A DNA stretch of 64,000 nucleotides, from NCBI GenBank assembly GCA_016748015.1, contig JAAOMT010000749.1:35023-99022 (forward strand), given 5' to 3'. Numbering within the stretch: the stretch's first letter is position 1; the number at the start of each line of letters is the position of its first letter. The position numbers and the translations under genes are program-made. Under the pieces are notes generated by a model. The model saw only the letters and a program-made list of their open reading frames with translations, had not been told where the DNA came from and made no database searches. Below are positions 13,246 to 26,622 of the stretch, in pieces. The DNA comes from Geosiphon pyriformis uo1. Its lineage: Eukaryota > Fungi > Glomeromycota.

Positions 13246-15633
13246 AACTAATTTTTTAATGAGACATTACGAAAAAAATAATTGATTTGGCGTGTAGCAC
13301 ATTAAAATTAGTAAATTTGCAATAAAAAAAAGGCTAAATAGAAAGATGAATCACAACTTATACTTTTTCCAAACCGATCCAAAAAAAGGATTAGGTCGAT
13401 GGTCAGAGATTGACCCACCATATTTATATATTGAAAATTTAAAAATGATCCTGACTTAATGAAAGAAGGTATTCTTTTCGAGATGACAATGTTCTTGTTC
13501 ACATTTGCCAAAGATGTTCAAGGTTGGATCAAACAAGAGAAGATTAATATAAATAGCGGTATGAAGACAGATTTTGATTTTTATAGTTAGACATCAGGAT
13601 TTTTTGCATAAAAAACTGATTAAAACAACTGATAATTACTAACTGTTAATATTACATTCATTCATTCATTTAAATGATCTTAGAAAAGGCACAAACCCTA
13701 ATAACCTCACAAAAATTGTAGAATATTGATTTGTATAGGTAACTGCAGAAGTTATGACCGATTCTTTTTTTAATGGTTTTTCAAGATCGTCAGATCTCTT
13801 TGATGTAAAGTTCCATTGCGAGTTCTTCTTCCAAGACTATTTCACAAGTCTTGAATAAAATTCAAGTCTGAAGATTGAGAAAAACATTTTCCTCAAATCT
13901 TTATTATTTATTAAGAAATCTAACATTCAAGATATTATTATCTTTGCCAATTATTTAAGATTTATTATTATTTGATGCAAATTTCAAATATTACACAACT
14001 GCAAGGTTTCTGTTTAAATTTATAAATTTGCATCTCATCAAAGGACACCATTTGATGAATTTCGCGATAATTAATCAATATAGAAGATCATTATTTTCCA
14101 TAATTGGTTGAATGTGGTAAGCTTTTTTAACCAATAATTTTAGTTATTAACAGTTTGAAAGTTCAGTTATGATTTTTTATAAACTATACTTTGCAAACTG
14201 CTGACGTTAATTACCATCATTAAGGATATTTGAAACATCAAATCTTTTTTGAAAATAAAACCCTGTTTGGGAACATTTGTTTGTTTGCATGTTTGTTTTT
14301 AATAAGGAATAAGAGAGAGTTAAAATTTTAATATATACAAATGGCTAAATTCTTATTAAAGCTGCCAAATTTTAAACTAGTTTATTTTGATTCTACTCTT
14401 TACCTTAATCGTTTATTTAGGAGCTCAAAACATATTCCTTGATGAATAGTTTAGCAAATATTTTTAAATTTAGGACATCCATCGTGCCATATAGCATTAA
14501 AGTGCGATAAATGGATAAATTTTTTAATTTCCCAGGATATTATTCTTCGATATAGATGTAAGTTCGCAATTCAAATCTCGAAAAGAATCTTATCAAGAAA
14601 ATATTTGGAGCACATACTGTACTTGTTTAAAATTTACAGAATTTTTCGCAATTAATCGCAGAAATTTTCTGTCATTGTCAATTTTTTGACTTTTTCAAAA
14701 TTTCATGAATCTCTACTTTGTTATTTTACAATTTAAAATTTTTTTGATACGCCAAAAATTGCATCATGGGCTTCCAAAAAAATTTGAGTTGACTCCATAA
14801 TTCTGATTTCCAAACCCTATATCTTGCTTCTCCAATGACCATCTGGCCTTTTTTTATTGGTTACAATTTTTTTCAATTCTAGGATTTTATAATTTTTACA
14901 AAAAATAAAAGTTTGAATCTAAACTGCCTTCATTTTGGCTTAAAAAAATCTGCATTGAAATATCTTTTATAAAGAAATTTATTTAATTGGTTTCAAATTT
15001 CTGAGCTCAATTATTAAATATGTCAAAATAAAATAATTATTGCTAGAATGTATCTAAAACCTTTGTATAACAAAGTATTTAGATGGAAATCCCCTTCCAA
15101 ACACTTTGATCTATTATCCAAGTTAATTAGAAATATAAATAACTATGTTATGTATTTAAGAACTTTACTTTTGATTATATTTTAGTATCTTGTGTAAATA
15201 GTTGCCATTCTATTACAAGGAGAAGATTTTTATCGTCATTTTTTAATTTGACCATTACAGCAAAAATATACATTAAATGCTCTAGTTAATTTTAAAGTTA
15301 GAGAGCAGATTCCTGGATAATATATAGGATTACAGAAACTACTCTTTGAAAAAGAAAAGAAATTTAAAGACTTTTTAATAGTATTGGTGGTAAGAAAAGG
15401 ATAACTCAACTATTTTGAATCTATCTCATGATATTAATTATGTGATTGCAACTCTAATAAAAATTCTTCAATTGATTACAATTTTTTTTGATTATTAATT
15501 GTTTAACCCAAAATTTTCTTGCAGCTATAGGTAAATTCCTCTCTCTTTATGTACAATGTATTACCTTTTTTTCAAAGTTACTATTTAGGGAAAATTGCTT
15601 ACATTTTTATTATTTTTTAAAAAAAAACAATTT

Positions 15634-15921
15634 AAATCGTTGCCGGGTTCATGATTTGTTTGTTTGAGTGCCAAGTGATTGTATCAGAATACTTAAAATA
15701 GGTTCTCGAAGGACCCCTTAATTCCACTACTTTGGGATTAGATGACTATTTATTATTATTTCATTAATTTAACTAGTCCCTTGAAATTATTAATTCAAGA
15801 AATTTTCTGCAAACTCTTCGTATTTGGTATTTCTGAAAGTATATCTAGCACAAAGTTTCATATATTGAAATTTCTTGTTTTCTGAATGGCAATTACGAAA
15901 ACTTGAACCCGGTAAATGATT
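15634..15921. repeat. Possible MITE-like relic bounded by imperfect inverted repeats
   Basis: AAATCGTTGCCGGGTTCATG (15634) versus the reverse complement AAATCATTTACCGGGTTCAAG (15902-15922), sharing the core CCGGGTTCA. Non-coding interior. Confidence 0.35.
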
Positions 15922-16365
15922 TGATTCCTTTAAAAATTAGTTGCTTTCTCATTTCATTTGATATAAACTTATAAATAAGTGTCTATTTGTGACATTATTT
16001 CAATAGAAAGACTCTCTCCTACAACAAAAGCATTGTCATCATGGGATTTGACTGATTTCTAAATGCCAATATTAAATATTCTCATCGAGCTACTTTCAAG
16101 CTCAGAAAAAATTAATGGCTGACAAATTTAAGATTTAATTTGTTCCAAGGCATATTCGTATTGATAATGCTTTTTAGATATACTTAAGATTTCTCTGGAA
16201 ATAAGATTGCCCTCGAACAAGTCCTAATTTTTTTTAGCAGAAAGAATTTGATAAAATAACTAGAGTAAAACAGATACACCTATCGTTTTTAAGATCTTGG
16301 CTAATTGAGCAAAAGAAAGTTTTATGAACATATACCGTTGAAAAGGTTCCCTTTCCTGCTAAATT

Positions 16366-17934
16366 TTAAATGGAACGATCTCTACAACTTTTCATTTTTA
16401 CTCCAAAGTATGGTCCGTCATGAGCCCATCGAGTGAAACTTTTCATCGAGTTAATGCATTCCTATAAATTGAAAAAAAGCTCGAAAAAAGATTGGACTCA
16501 GCAGATTTCAAAACGTCCAAAGTGAAAGATTTGACACCTGATTTTCTGACATTGTTTCCGTGTTCAATTGATTAGGAACATTACATATGTATGTTTCCCC
16601 ATCCAGCTTATTAATCCAAATCTCTATTCCACCATGGGCATATAGTGTACGATTTCTGGGCGTTGTTGGCACATCATCGTTGTAGTGATTTATCCTCCAA
16701 ATATTCAAAAAAAGTGATGCATATCTGGCAAATGCACTATTTCCAATACGAGGGACCCCATATGCATCAACCTGTATAAAAATAGCATATCTTTCTCCAA
16801 ATTTTTTTCTGAATTCTTTGTTAATGTCCAAGGCTCCAAGTATCGCATAAACTTTTGAAGAGATGAGAAGATATTAGATGCCAAAGGCTTGTTTTACAAC
16901 TCAAACGTAATTGTATTGAGATACATACCAGCCCCGAGGCTATGTCCAATTAGTAAAACCTGGATTCCAACGTGTTTTGGACCATGCATCATTGGATCAG
17001 GGTCGAAAATTTGTTCTATTAAAGGGTTAACTTTCAAGAGAAAATTATTCCTCACAGCAAGAAAATTCTTATAAAATTGTTTGTGAACCCTAGCATTCTG
17101 CACATCGGAATAAGGTACCAAGGTTATTTGATCTTTTTTATCAATAACGTATCTGTCCAAATTTTGCTCATCCCCTTTCATGGTAATAATAATCAAATTC
17201 CCTTGCAATTCGAATTGGGCTAGAGAAAGTATTCAGCCAAGATTTAAAAGCTCTGATTAATTTGAAGCTTGTGTTCAAATTCATATAATGGAATTACCTT
17301 GGATTTTATCAGAAAGTTTAAAAGCTGTCCCGTTAAATGAACAATAAGCACGATTTGCTTTATGAGCAAACTTTTTAAAGCTAGCCATTGCAGAAGCTTT
17401 TATTAGGTATTTAGTCGGAGGATTGAGATTCCGAATTATTGCGTCGGGTTCTGCATAAGATATTCCATGATTCTGATCGATATCTTGACTTAATTTTATT
17501 TCTTGCTCTATCAATCGAGGAAGCTCGGAAAATCCTTGTAGATTATGGTACATGTTTTCCCAATTTTTGCTTTTTGTCTGCGTGCCTTCAGTAATTATAA
17601 AGTTTTCAGATGGAAGGATGCTTTGAACAGGATCTTGGTACTCATTAACCGCAATTTGATTTTTTGGCAATGGACTTTCAATATTTAAATCTATATTTTG
17701 TGGTACTTCAATTATATTTGGTAATGAATTTTCAAAGAAATTCAAGTCCTTTTCACTGTTAAGATATTCTTCAGTCATATATGGTGTAGAATCTTTGCTC
17801 AAGTAATTTGCTTGAACTTTTACATTATTCGAAAATCTAGCCATCAGCAAAATTATTGCAAAGGTCAATACGATAATTGAGTGGCTCTGTATTTTTTGCC
17901 ATTCACACAGACCACGATTGCTGATTTTAAACAT
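16366..17934 (-). CDS. Class-3 lipase B with intact Ser-Asp-His triad; 4 exons (17934-17298, 17219-16929, 16851-16538, 16461-16366; 445 aa)
   Basis: Spliced ORF of 1338 nt. N-terminal hydrophobic segment and long pro-region; motifs AYC, LIGHSLGA, AYGVPRIGN, NHYNDDVP, HGGIEIWI, AHDGPYFG. Confidence 0.88.
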
Positions 17935-18641
17935 TGTTTTTTTGATGGTAAGCTATTTAGAGGAAAATACGAGTATAAATAGGGAACTTTAAGATTTTCA
18001 ATAAATTTACAAACTCAACAATCAATGTGATAATATTTTTTTATCGGCATTTCGGAAAGCTTTTGACAGGAAGATTTTCAGTTTTTTAAGGATTTTGTTA
18101 TTTGTATATATTAGCTCAGACACAGCACCTGATATTTCGAATTGATTTGAATGAATTAAAATCACGATTAAATATAAAGACAAAACTCATCTTGCTCTTT
18201 TCAATGCATTGCATAGGTTTTAAATTTTTAAAATTTCCTTTTCTTATTACATGTACTAGAAAATATTGTAAGCCAAATTTAATCTACTAGTGATTTCCTT
18301 AAAAAATACAAGATTTTTACTTTATAATCATTAAAAAAAAAATTTAATGAGAAATTTTTATGTTTCTATGTTTTTGTTTTACCCAGGATTGTCATTTAGC
18401 AAAGATTCGGAAACGCAATTTTAATCTTTGTTTCTATTTGGAAGTATGCCTCTCACGATTTAAATTTTTTAAAAAAATTTATTCAGATATTATTATAACG
18501 AAAACACAATCTTTATCTATTTAAAAGATTTTCCCCAAATTCATTTTCCCCGAACATTAATTAGAAATCAAATATATAAGTAGCATGTCCCTTTTTCATT
18601 TATTCATTTATCTTATCTTTAAAATACAAAACATCTCATCA

Positions 18642-19019
18642 ATGGCTTACTTCTTTCCAAGAATATTTTTAATCCTGTTTCTCCTTCATTTTCTTTTTTT
18701 CAATCAATTGTCAGCTATACCCATTGACTTATTCAATTATCAAGACGATTTGGACCCATTTCAAGTAGATTACCTAGGTTTTGATGATCCCATTTATTTC
18801 ATCAGTGATACTTCAGTTGGATCTCAAGAAATCCCTCCTCAAAGTGTCAACAAAAAGAATTCTCAACCAGTTAATGATGAACCAAAGTATCCTCAGGTTC
18901 TAAAAAAACCACAATCTTATTCTATAAATGATTCAAGGTGCTTTAATACAGCAGACCTTTCTATAATTGAATTGTGCACTAAGCCAGATCCAAATGTTAA
19001 AGAACCTATCGTTGAATGA
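18642..19019 (+). CDS. Small secreted orphan protein (125 aa)
   Basis: Signal-peptide-like start (MAYFFPRIFLILFLLHFLFFNQLSA|IP), acidic/Pro-rich body and two C-terminal Cys. An in-frame upstream ATG lies at 18585. Confidence 0.6.
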   Translation: MAYFFPRIFLILFLLHFLFFNQLSAIPIDLFNYQDDLDPFQVDYLGFDDPIYFISDTSVGSQEIPPQSVNKKNSQPVNDEPKYPQVLKKPQSYSINDSRCFNTADLSIIELCTKPDPNVKEPIVE

Positions 19020-19549
19020 AAAAAAGCTTTAAAAATGTTTTTTTGAAAAGTGCGTTATTTCAAAGACAAACAATTAAGGTTGCTTTAAATATACTTTGTT
19101 ATTTATCGAATGATAAAAGGCTTTGTAGTTAATTGATGGATTTGTTTTCCAGAATCTAGTTTTTGAAGGCTATAAAATCTAGTAAGGTTTATAACAATCT
19201 TGGGCTAAAAATTTTAAATTGTCAATAAGGAATTAACTTGAAATTTTTTAATTTATCAAAGATCACTGATATCACTTTTATATTGATTATTGAAAAATTT
19301 AAAATAATATATAATCAAAGATTCAAAGTTCAAAAACTTTAGCTTTTAGGTTTTTTAATTATCAATGATAGTATTTAGGGACTTTTTACTTCAAATTTTA
19401 AAAGTCATTTATAATATTGTATTTGAAAAAATCATTACAATTAAATTTATTCACATTAGTTTTTTTGATCTTAATAAGCTTATAAAATTTATTTCAAAAA
19501 TATCAGTTGGGATAATAGGCAAGAGCAACCATTTTATGATGCTTACTAA

Positions 19550-20338
19550 TTAGCGTAGCTTCAAATAGGATTCTTCGAAAGGTTAGCAGCAAATTTATTT
19601 GAAAACAGTTTAGGAGCCCTTATGTGACAATTGATATACAATAAAAAAAATGACAATTAGCAAGATTAATACTCACAGGTTTGCATAAGCAGAAGCGTGT
19701 AGTAATATGGATAAAATCACTTTAAAGACTATCGGGAACGAATATTTTTTTCTGACAAAGCAACTTTTCAATTATTCAGCACTGTAAATATCGATACAAA
19801 AGTTGAAATCTATGTTCATGTTCACGGCTGCGACCAGATGGTCGTATTCCAAAAGACCGGAGAAAATTTTGAGCTTGGAGATTTTCCGTACAAGGTAAAA
19901 CGAGATTTTTTTGCTTAAAAGAGAGGATTGATGGTCCTTTTTACGTTTGATATTCTAAGGAAACACCTTCCGAAGATTAAAAAGATGTTGAGTAATAATT
20001 AGTGGTTCCAACAAAACAATGATCCGAAGTACACCAAAGAAATTTTCGAGAACTTTCTGACAATTATCGATTGCCATCCACCACTCCTGGCCTAAAACCT
20101 ATCAAATCATTATTAAGAAGAATATAAAGGAGTGGGAGCCAAAAATATTTTGAAATTGAAGCAATGGTAAAAGATTCCACCTTATAAATAACTTAGTAGG
20201 GTCAATGAAGGAGCGATGTCAATTTGTGTTTGAAAATAATGGCAAACGTTTTACTAATATTTTTATACATGGTTTAGTCGAATGGTTATAGATAAATTAT
20301 CAAATAATTTCTTCAAAAGATTTTTGTAATAGACTATA
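19550..20338 (+). mobile_element. Highly degraded Tc1-like relic related to the 54674-55916 element
   Basis: Nucleotide similarity to the 55 kb element: GCATAAGCAGAAGCGTGTAG vs GCATAAGCGAAAACGTGTAG; TTTTCTGACAAAGCAACTTTTCAA vs TTTACTGACGAAACATCTTTTCAA; CAACAAAACAATGATCCGAAG vs CAACAAGATAATGACCCCAAG. Boundaries approximate. Confidence 0.65.
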
Positions 20339-20385
20339 TATACAAATAGAATATTGAAATTTACAAATTTAAAGAGTGCAGTCCC

Positions 20386-21725
20386 TTAATAAGGTCTGTC
20401 TTGATCCAGACAACTTCCCATCTTTATAGTAAAGTAAGGACCATTGTTCGACTTGGATTCTAATCTGGAAAACTTCTGATTACAATGCTAAGGTAAAGTA
20501 GTAAAAATAATTTATGATGAAAACGTCTTTATGGCTGAGGAAAAACTCAAATAAAGTAGTTCTTACCTGGCTTTCTTTCATAAAATATTCATTATTAGGC
20601 ATTTGTATTTCAGGTCCTGGACACCAAAAAACTTCCTCTTGATCGCAATCACAATTTTTATTAATAAACATCTCTAGCTTGTTGTGTTCATAGATGTTTG
20701 AAATAGTGCTCGGAGGCATTGTTGGGACAAAATCGTCACTATGCGTTACTCGTATTACATTCAAATTTATTATATTGTCATTGATATATTTTGCAAAAAG
20801 TTGGTTGCCAATGCGTGGTTGACCGAATGTCACTGCTGAAAGATATAAACCTTTTTGTAGATTCATCAATTCGAGTAAAGCGAAGATAGCGTAGACTTTA
20901 AAAATTTCGATTTGGAGAAAAAAAATGAATAACGTGATAGTGTCGATATTAAATTTTGAAAGATTCTGTACCTACCACCACCTACTCCATGACCAAAAGC
21001 AAAAACTTTTTTTATTCCACTTGCTTGAATAAGTTTTATGATCCGTTTTGATATTCTGAGCCCTGTTCCTAGAAAATCCTCATAAAAATTTTTATTTACT
21101 TTGGCTCCCTTGACTCGGCGATAGGGAATCATTTGTAACGGAAAAGAGCTCCATTGTAATTGGTTCAATTTGACTGACGAACGAATTGTTAACACTATAC
21201 CTTCATTTTTTATTTTTATAGAAGCTGAAAGGATGATAAAACCGGCAAATTTCATTTGAAAAATTTTTAAAATATGTCATATTCTGATTAAAATGCCTTG
21301 ATTGATTTACCATGGATCCCTGGTCCTATTTTATCCAATTCAGGAATGCAATAGGCTTTCATTGCGTAATAGGCGTACCTTTTATACTTTTCTAAAACTT
21401 CGATTTGATTGACGGGTATTTTGAAATCGTCATTTCCGTTCCTGGCAAGTAGTACATTTGGGGATTCTTTCCTTCTTTTGGTTAATTCAAAACTTTTGCT
21501 TGAAGAAATTGTTTGAACTATTTTGTTACTAATGTTCAAGTGTCGTTCAGTATTTGTTATAGTAGTTGCAGTATGGTTAATATTGTTCATCCCTGATTGT
21601 CTAGATATATATTTAAGGTCTCCTTGAAAAAAAAATTTCAATAATGTACATTCTGGAGAAAGGAAAATAAAAAAAGTCCTTAATACGAAACTAAAGAATA
21701 ATGTAAACAGATATAGCGAATTCAT
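20386..21725 (-). CDS. Class-3 lipase-fold protein C, Ser->Gly and His->Asn; 4 exons (21725-21311, 21224-20976, 20895-20567, 20487-20386; 364 aa)
   Basis: Spliced ORF of 1095 nt. Motifs AYC, AFGHGVGG, TFGQPRIGN, THSDDFVP and C-terminal SNNGPYF, where the paralogues have xHxGPYF. Confidence 0.85.
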
Positions 21726-24157
21726 TGATAATTTTATCAAAAAAACTGTATCTGAAGAAATTATTATCAAATCGGGGGATCCGTTGGTTTTATGAAAAAT
21801 TAAACAAAAAAAATGCAAAAGATCAAATTAAATCTTTGCAAGTATTTATCGTTATTTTCATTTTAAACCATTGAGATTGAATATAAATATATATTTGATT
21901 TATAACATCAAATGACTTGTAAAAGGAATGAATGAATACAATGAAATTTAGAGTAAAATACACGAAAAAACGTGATATATAGCATTTCATATCTTTTAAA
22001 TAATTCGATTCAATGTGATTATTATTTGGGGAAACCTACAATTTGACGCCCCCGAAAATCACAACAAATAAATCGGAGAAAAGAAACATAATAAATATTT
22101 AATGGAATTTTTTTATTTCGTCAGATCTCATAAAAATTATGCGACGAAGGATTTTTTAAACGGAAAAACTCTTTAAATATAAATGAAATAACTTGATGAA
22201 AGAGTCTTGAGACCCAAAAAATGATCACTTGCTTATTTTATTTTAATTATATGTTTATAAAAACTCATTTATAGTAATAATATTTGTAAGTAAATTATAA
22301 TGTAAACATGTGTCCAAGAATATATATTAATATTGTACTTAACCGAATTAAGGTTATTATGAATTAACTGATTTAAAAAATTTTTAATCTAGACAAAGAA
22401 AGACTCAAATTAACACATTACTTCTCATCTGATTTTTTTTAAAAAGACAGATGACAGCTTTCAATTGCATGATACTTTTAAAGTTTATCAAAACTTGATT
22501 TTATTCGATTTTAATGATTTTCAAAAAATAAAATTTGTGCAAACATAAACATTGAATTGAGAATTTGTATTCCAAAAACTTTTTAAATCAAAAATTATTA
22601 ACATATCAACGTTCATAAATTTTTATACATAAAAATTGCTTTTTACATTTTTTTTCTCAAAGTAATTAAGATTATATTTAAAATTTGATGAAATTCTTAA
22701 AATTCTATTTACAGTTTATTTTTTAATTAAACATTAATAAAAATAAAAAATAATTTTAAATTTCTCAATATTTTAGAATTTTAATTCATACAAAAAATTT
22801 ATTTAAAATCATATTTAAAGGACAAAAATTAATATATATAAACATTATTTGTCTTTTAAAATCTTTGTAATAATTTTGATTCAATATTGAATTTTTAAAA
22901 TATATTTATATCATTCTTTGATTATTTAAACCATCAAAATAAAAGAATAAAAATTTGTTTAAAAAATAACATTTATAATTTATTAATAGCTATATATATG
23001 ATTACTTTCTTATTCTTGTTTTTAATCCAGTTTTTTTTAATAAAATTTTCATTTCTTTAAAATTAGCATTTTAATTAATAATTTTGAATTTATTTATTAT
23101 TAAGGTATTTATTATAAATTTAAAATCTATTTCTAATTAACTATGATTAATATCTTGTTTAAATTTTATTATAAAAAATAATAATTAATATTCATTCATT
23201 TTTAACTAATTAAATTTGTATTGTAAAAGAGCAAAATATCTTAAAAATTTCAGGATTTAATTATATAGTCTGGTATAAAGCTTTTGTTAAGATTTAAAAT
23301 CAGTTCTAAAAAGTCAAAAGTTCAACCAATTATCCATTCTGAATTTTAAATTGCTTAAAGTTATTTCTGCAAAATAAAGACATTGATCTTTGTTTCTTAA
23401 ACAATTAATTACCGAAAATTGTTTCATCCAAATTAATTTTTTATAAAATAAAACTAGGAACTTTTCTTGGCATCTAAAAAAAAACCTTTATTTTACGAAT
23501 AAATTTGGAAGATTATTGTAAACCAAATTAATAAAGTAATAATAAATGTTTGGCAAAGAAAATTAATGTGCACGAGAAAGACAAAACTAGCTGAATGTAG
23601 AATTTTTTGAATTTTCAAATCAAACAATTGTAAAATATTAATGGCATACAATAATATTACAAAAAAAATTTTGAACACAAAACAAAAAAATATTTACATT
23701 CTATCCCTATTATATATTCTATACTTGGGAATTTAGTCTAGAAGCTGGTATCATTTTAATGTCACGTCTCTTATTTCTGCATAGACTCAAAAAAATTGGC
23801 TATTCAACATCTTTTTGAGTTTCGTTGCATGGGGAATTATATCAAATTGAGAAAAACCTTTTTTCAAAGAACAATAAAATCAACGGAGATTTTCGTAAAA
23901 CAAGAAAATATTATGTAGATTAATTTAATAGAAAAATGGGAATGTTGCAGTTCTCCCACAAAGTGAATTTAAAGCCGAATCGAATTAAGAATTCATAAAG
24001 AACATTCATGCTGTATGACATAAGGCATTGTCTCACAAATAGCTGATCAATAATATTACCAGATCTTGAGTATTTAAATTAAACGATCTCGGTATACAGG
24101 AAAATTAAATCATTTCGTTGTTACAAAGTTTAACCACTGGGACAAACAAATTATTTG

Positions 24158-24940
24158 ATGATGAAAAAGTGTTTATCATGTTCCACTGAAAAATTTACTA
24201 TGTTGGCAAATGAGATTTTAGGTGTTTGTCGAGAAGGAAATGATTATTGGAGCACTTCTGCACCGAAAATTCAACAAATCAAAAAAAGACTTTTGGCGAG
24301 TGACCAATCACCTGAAGAAATTTTCGCATTAGTACACGATCATTATTTTCAACCATTATACACCTCATTAATTGGGTTCTTACATTTTCATGGATTTGGA
24401 ACCGAGGCTGATAAAAAGGTTGCATTTAAATGGTTTCAGATTGCGGCCGAAACAAGTGACCCAGCAACACTCTACGAGCTAGGATTCTGCTATTGGGGTG
24501 GTACAGGTACCAATTCTGATTTATCAATAGCACTTTCGCTGTACGAACAAGCTGCCTTGGGTGGTTTTAAGCTCGCACAATTCAGCCTTGGTTATGCCTA
24601 TTTTCACGGTTATGGCTTTGAAGTTAATTTTCAACTGGCGTTTCAATGGTTTGAAAAGAGTGCACAAGCCGGGTACCCAATTGGACAGTATTACCTCGCA
24701 CGTTGCTATCGACACGGACTTGGAACGAGAAGAAATACAACTAAAACACTTTTTTGGTTTATGAAATCAGCTGAAGGTGGATATATCCATGCTCGTCTAA
24801 AACTGGCAAAGCGAATTTACAAAGGCGAAGGAATTCAACGTGACATACATCATTCTCTAAGATATCTCGTCGCATCCTTGAAAAGTGATGGATCTATTCC
24901 AATAGTAGAACTCGAGCAAATATTACTCAATGAGCCTTAA
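24158..24940 (+). CDS. Sel1-like repeat protein
   Basis: About 5 Sel1 repeats (LGFCYWGGTGT, AQFSLGYAYFHGYG, AFQWFEKSAQAG, YLARCYRHGLG, WFMKSAEGG). Intronless. Confidence 0.88.
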   Translation: MMKKCLSCSTEKFTMLANEILGVCREGNDYWSTSAPKIQQIKKRLLASDQSPEEIFALVHDHYFQPLYTSLIGFLHFHGFGTEADKKVAFKWFQIAAETSDPATLYELGFCYWGGTGTNSDLSIALSLYEQAALGGFKLAQFSLGYAYFHGYGFEVNFQLAFQWFEKSAQAGYPIGQYYLARCYRHGLGTRRNTTKTLFWFMKSAEGGYIHARLKLAKRIYKGEGIQRDIHHSLRYLVASLKSDGSIPIVELEQILLNEP

Positions 24941-26622
24941 GAATTATTTTCCCATTTCCAAAATTTTTGGAATTGCCAGGGTTTCAGTGAAAATGCTTTA
25001 AAACAATAAATTTTCGGCAAAACAATGCTTTGACTGACAGTACTCAGAATTTCATAGGCATCTCTGGGCCAATTGAAAGCGGGTCTCAGATCAGTTTAGT
25101 CATTTTATTTGAAATCTAATAGACACTTAATGAAGCCTGGAGTAAAAGAAAAGCTTTTATTTACCCAAATATACATTTTTGCAGAAAAAAGTGAGATCAC
25201 GATCTTGATTCAAGATGAGATACTGTAATCAAAGCATTCCAGTGATCAGTTTGGTCATAGGCAGTTTTACAAAAAACATTGAAGAGTCCATAGCAGTTAA
25301 GGTTCGATGATAGTAAAGAATATTTTGATCCCTCCTTTTTTTTAATCAAAACCATGAAAAGTAGTGCCAAGATTTGAAAGATATATTTCAAGAAAGTAGA
25401 ATCTTATATTCTGCCCAAGAACCTCAAAGGTTTTAAGAAATCCTAGTATTTAATAGTTTAACTTTGGCATATGGAAAGTTGTTATTTGAACGATCAGCTA
25501 CCTAATCTAACCAATCAGTAGCCTTTAGGCTGCCAAAAAAAAGTCATAACATCTTGAAATCTGGAATCGGACGATGCCCAAAACAATGGTACTCTTTTTG
25601 AGAGAAAGTCAATATTAGTTCTGGTTCAAACATTTAACCTTTTATGGGAAACTCCCTCCAGTTTGCAAATTTATTTTTTGTCATATTAAGTGTCATTTCA
25701 AAGAAAAATGGTAAAATATTTGGTTAAAAATTTAAACACAAATATTTCAAAGGAAAATAACTTGAAGAGTATCATAAAATTAAGAATCGCTTGCAAGTAT
25801 GAAGTAAATGTGCAATTCTTTTTTCAAAATTGAGGCTTAAAATTTTGGAGGTATAGTAATTTTTTTATTTTAAAAAATCTACAAATGCATTTATTTCTGA
25901 TGAATCTAACACAACTTTTCATTTGTATATAAATGTAAATCTTTTTTGGCTTGAATTTGAAAATTCTATTGCATTAATATTTTTATATAATTTAAACTGA
26001 AAGATTTTTTATGTAAATTTTGATCTTTGGTGTTTTTTTTTTCAAGTGCAAAATCAGAATTATAATGATTGAAATTGAAATTATAAAAATCCAAATCAAT
26101 ATTTAAATTCAACTATTTCTTATTAATTTATTTTACTTTTTCATGAAACTTTGATTTTTGATAACATATTTGGAAAATTCTTTTGACAGTGTTAAAATTT
26201 TCATAAAGGATTGTGAAAGAAACCATTTATCCAGTTTGATATAAACACATGTACTTGCATATTAATGAGTATTTGTTTGATGATTTCAATTCCAATTAAG
26301 TTAACATTTATTATAATTCATTTTATTAAGAATTCGAAATGCAGAGTAAAAATTTGCGTCATATGATTTTAACAGCCAATTCCTTCTGCATATCCAGGAA
26401 TTAACAGACTCTTTTGTTTATTTAACGCGTATCATCTTTGACTCTCTTACTGAATCATTAATATGAAGAGCTAAATGTTCTGGAATATTCATAAATGTAT
26501 TTGCAGAAAGAGTTTCAAAGCTGGGCTAATATTTTAATTTTTTTTAGACGCTAAAAACCCTTCGCTAAAATTTAGTATAGTATATTATATTACATTGACA
26601 TTAATTAAATAATAAGTTAATA

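Noticed and set aside
22200-23450. Extremely AT-rich block (similar ones near 54.0-54.6 and 56.0-57.0 kb)
   Set aside because: No periodicity, terminal repeats or ORFs were detected; most likely eroded repeats.
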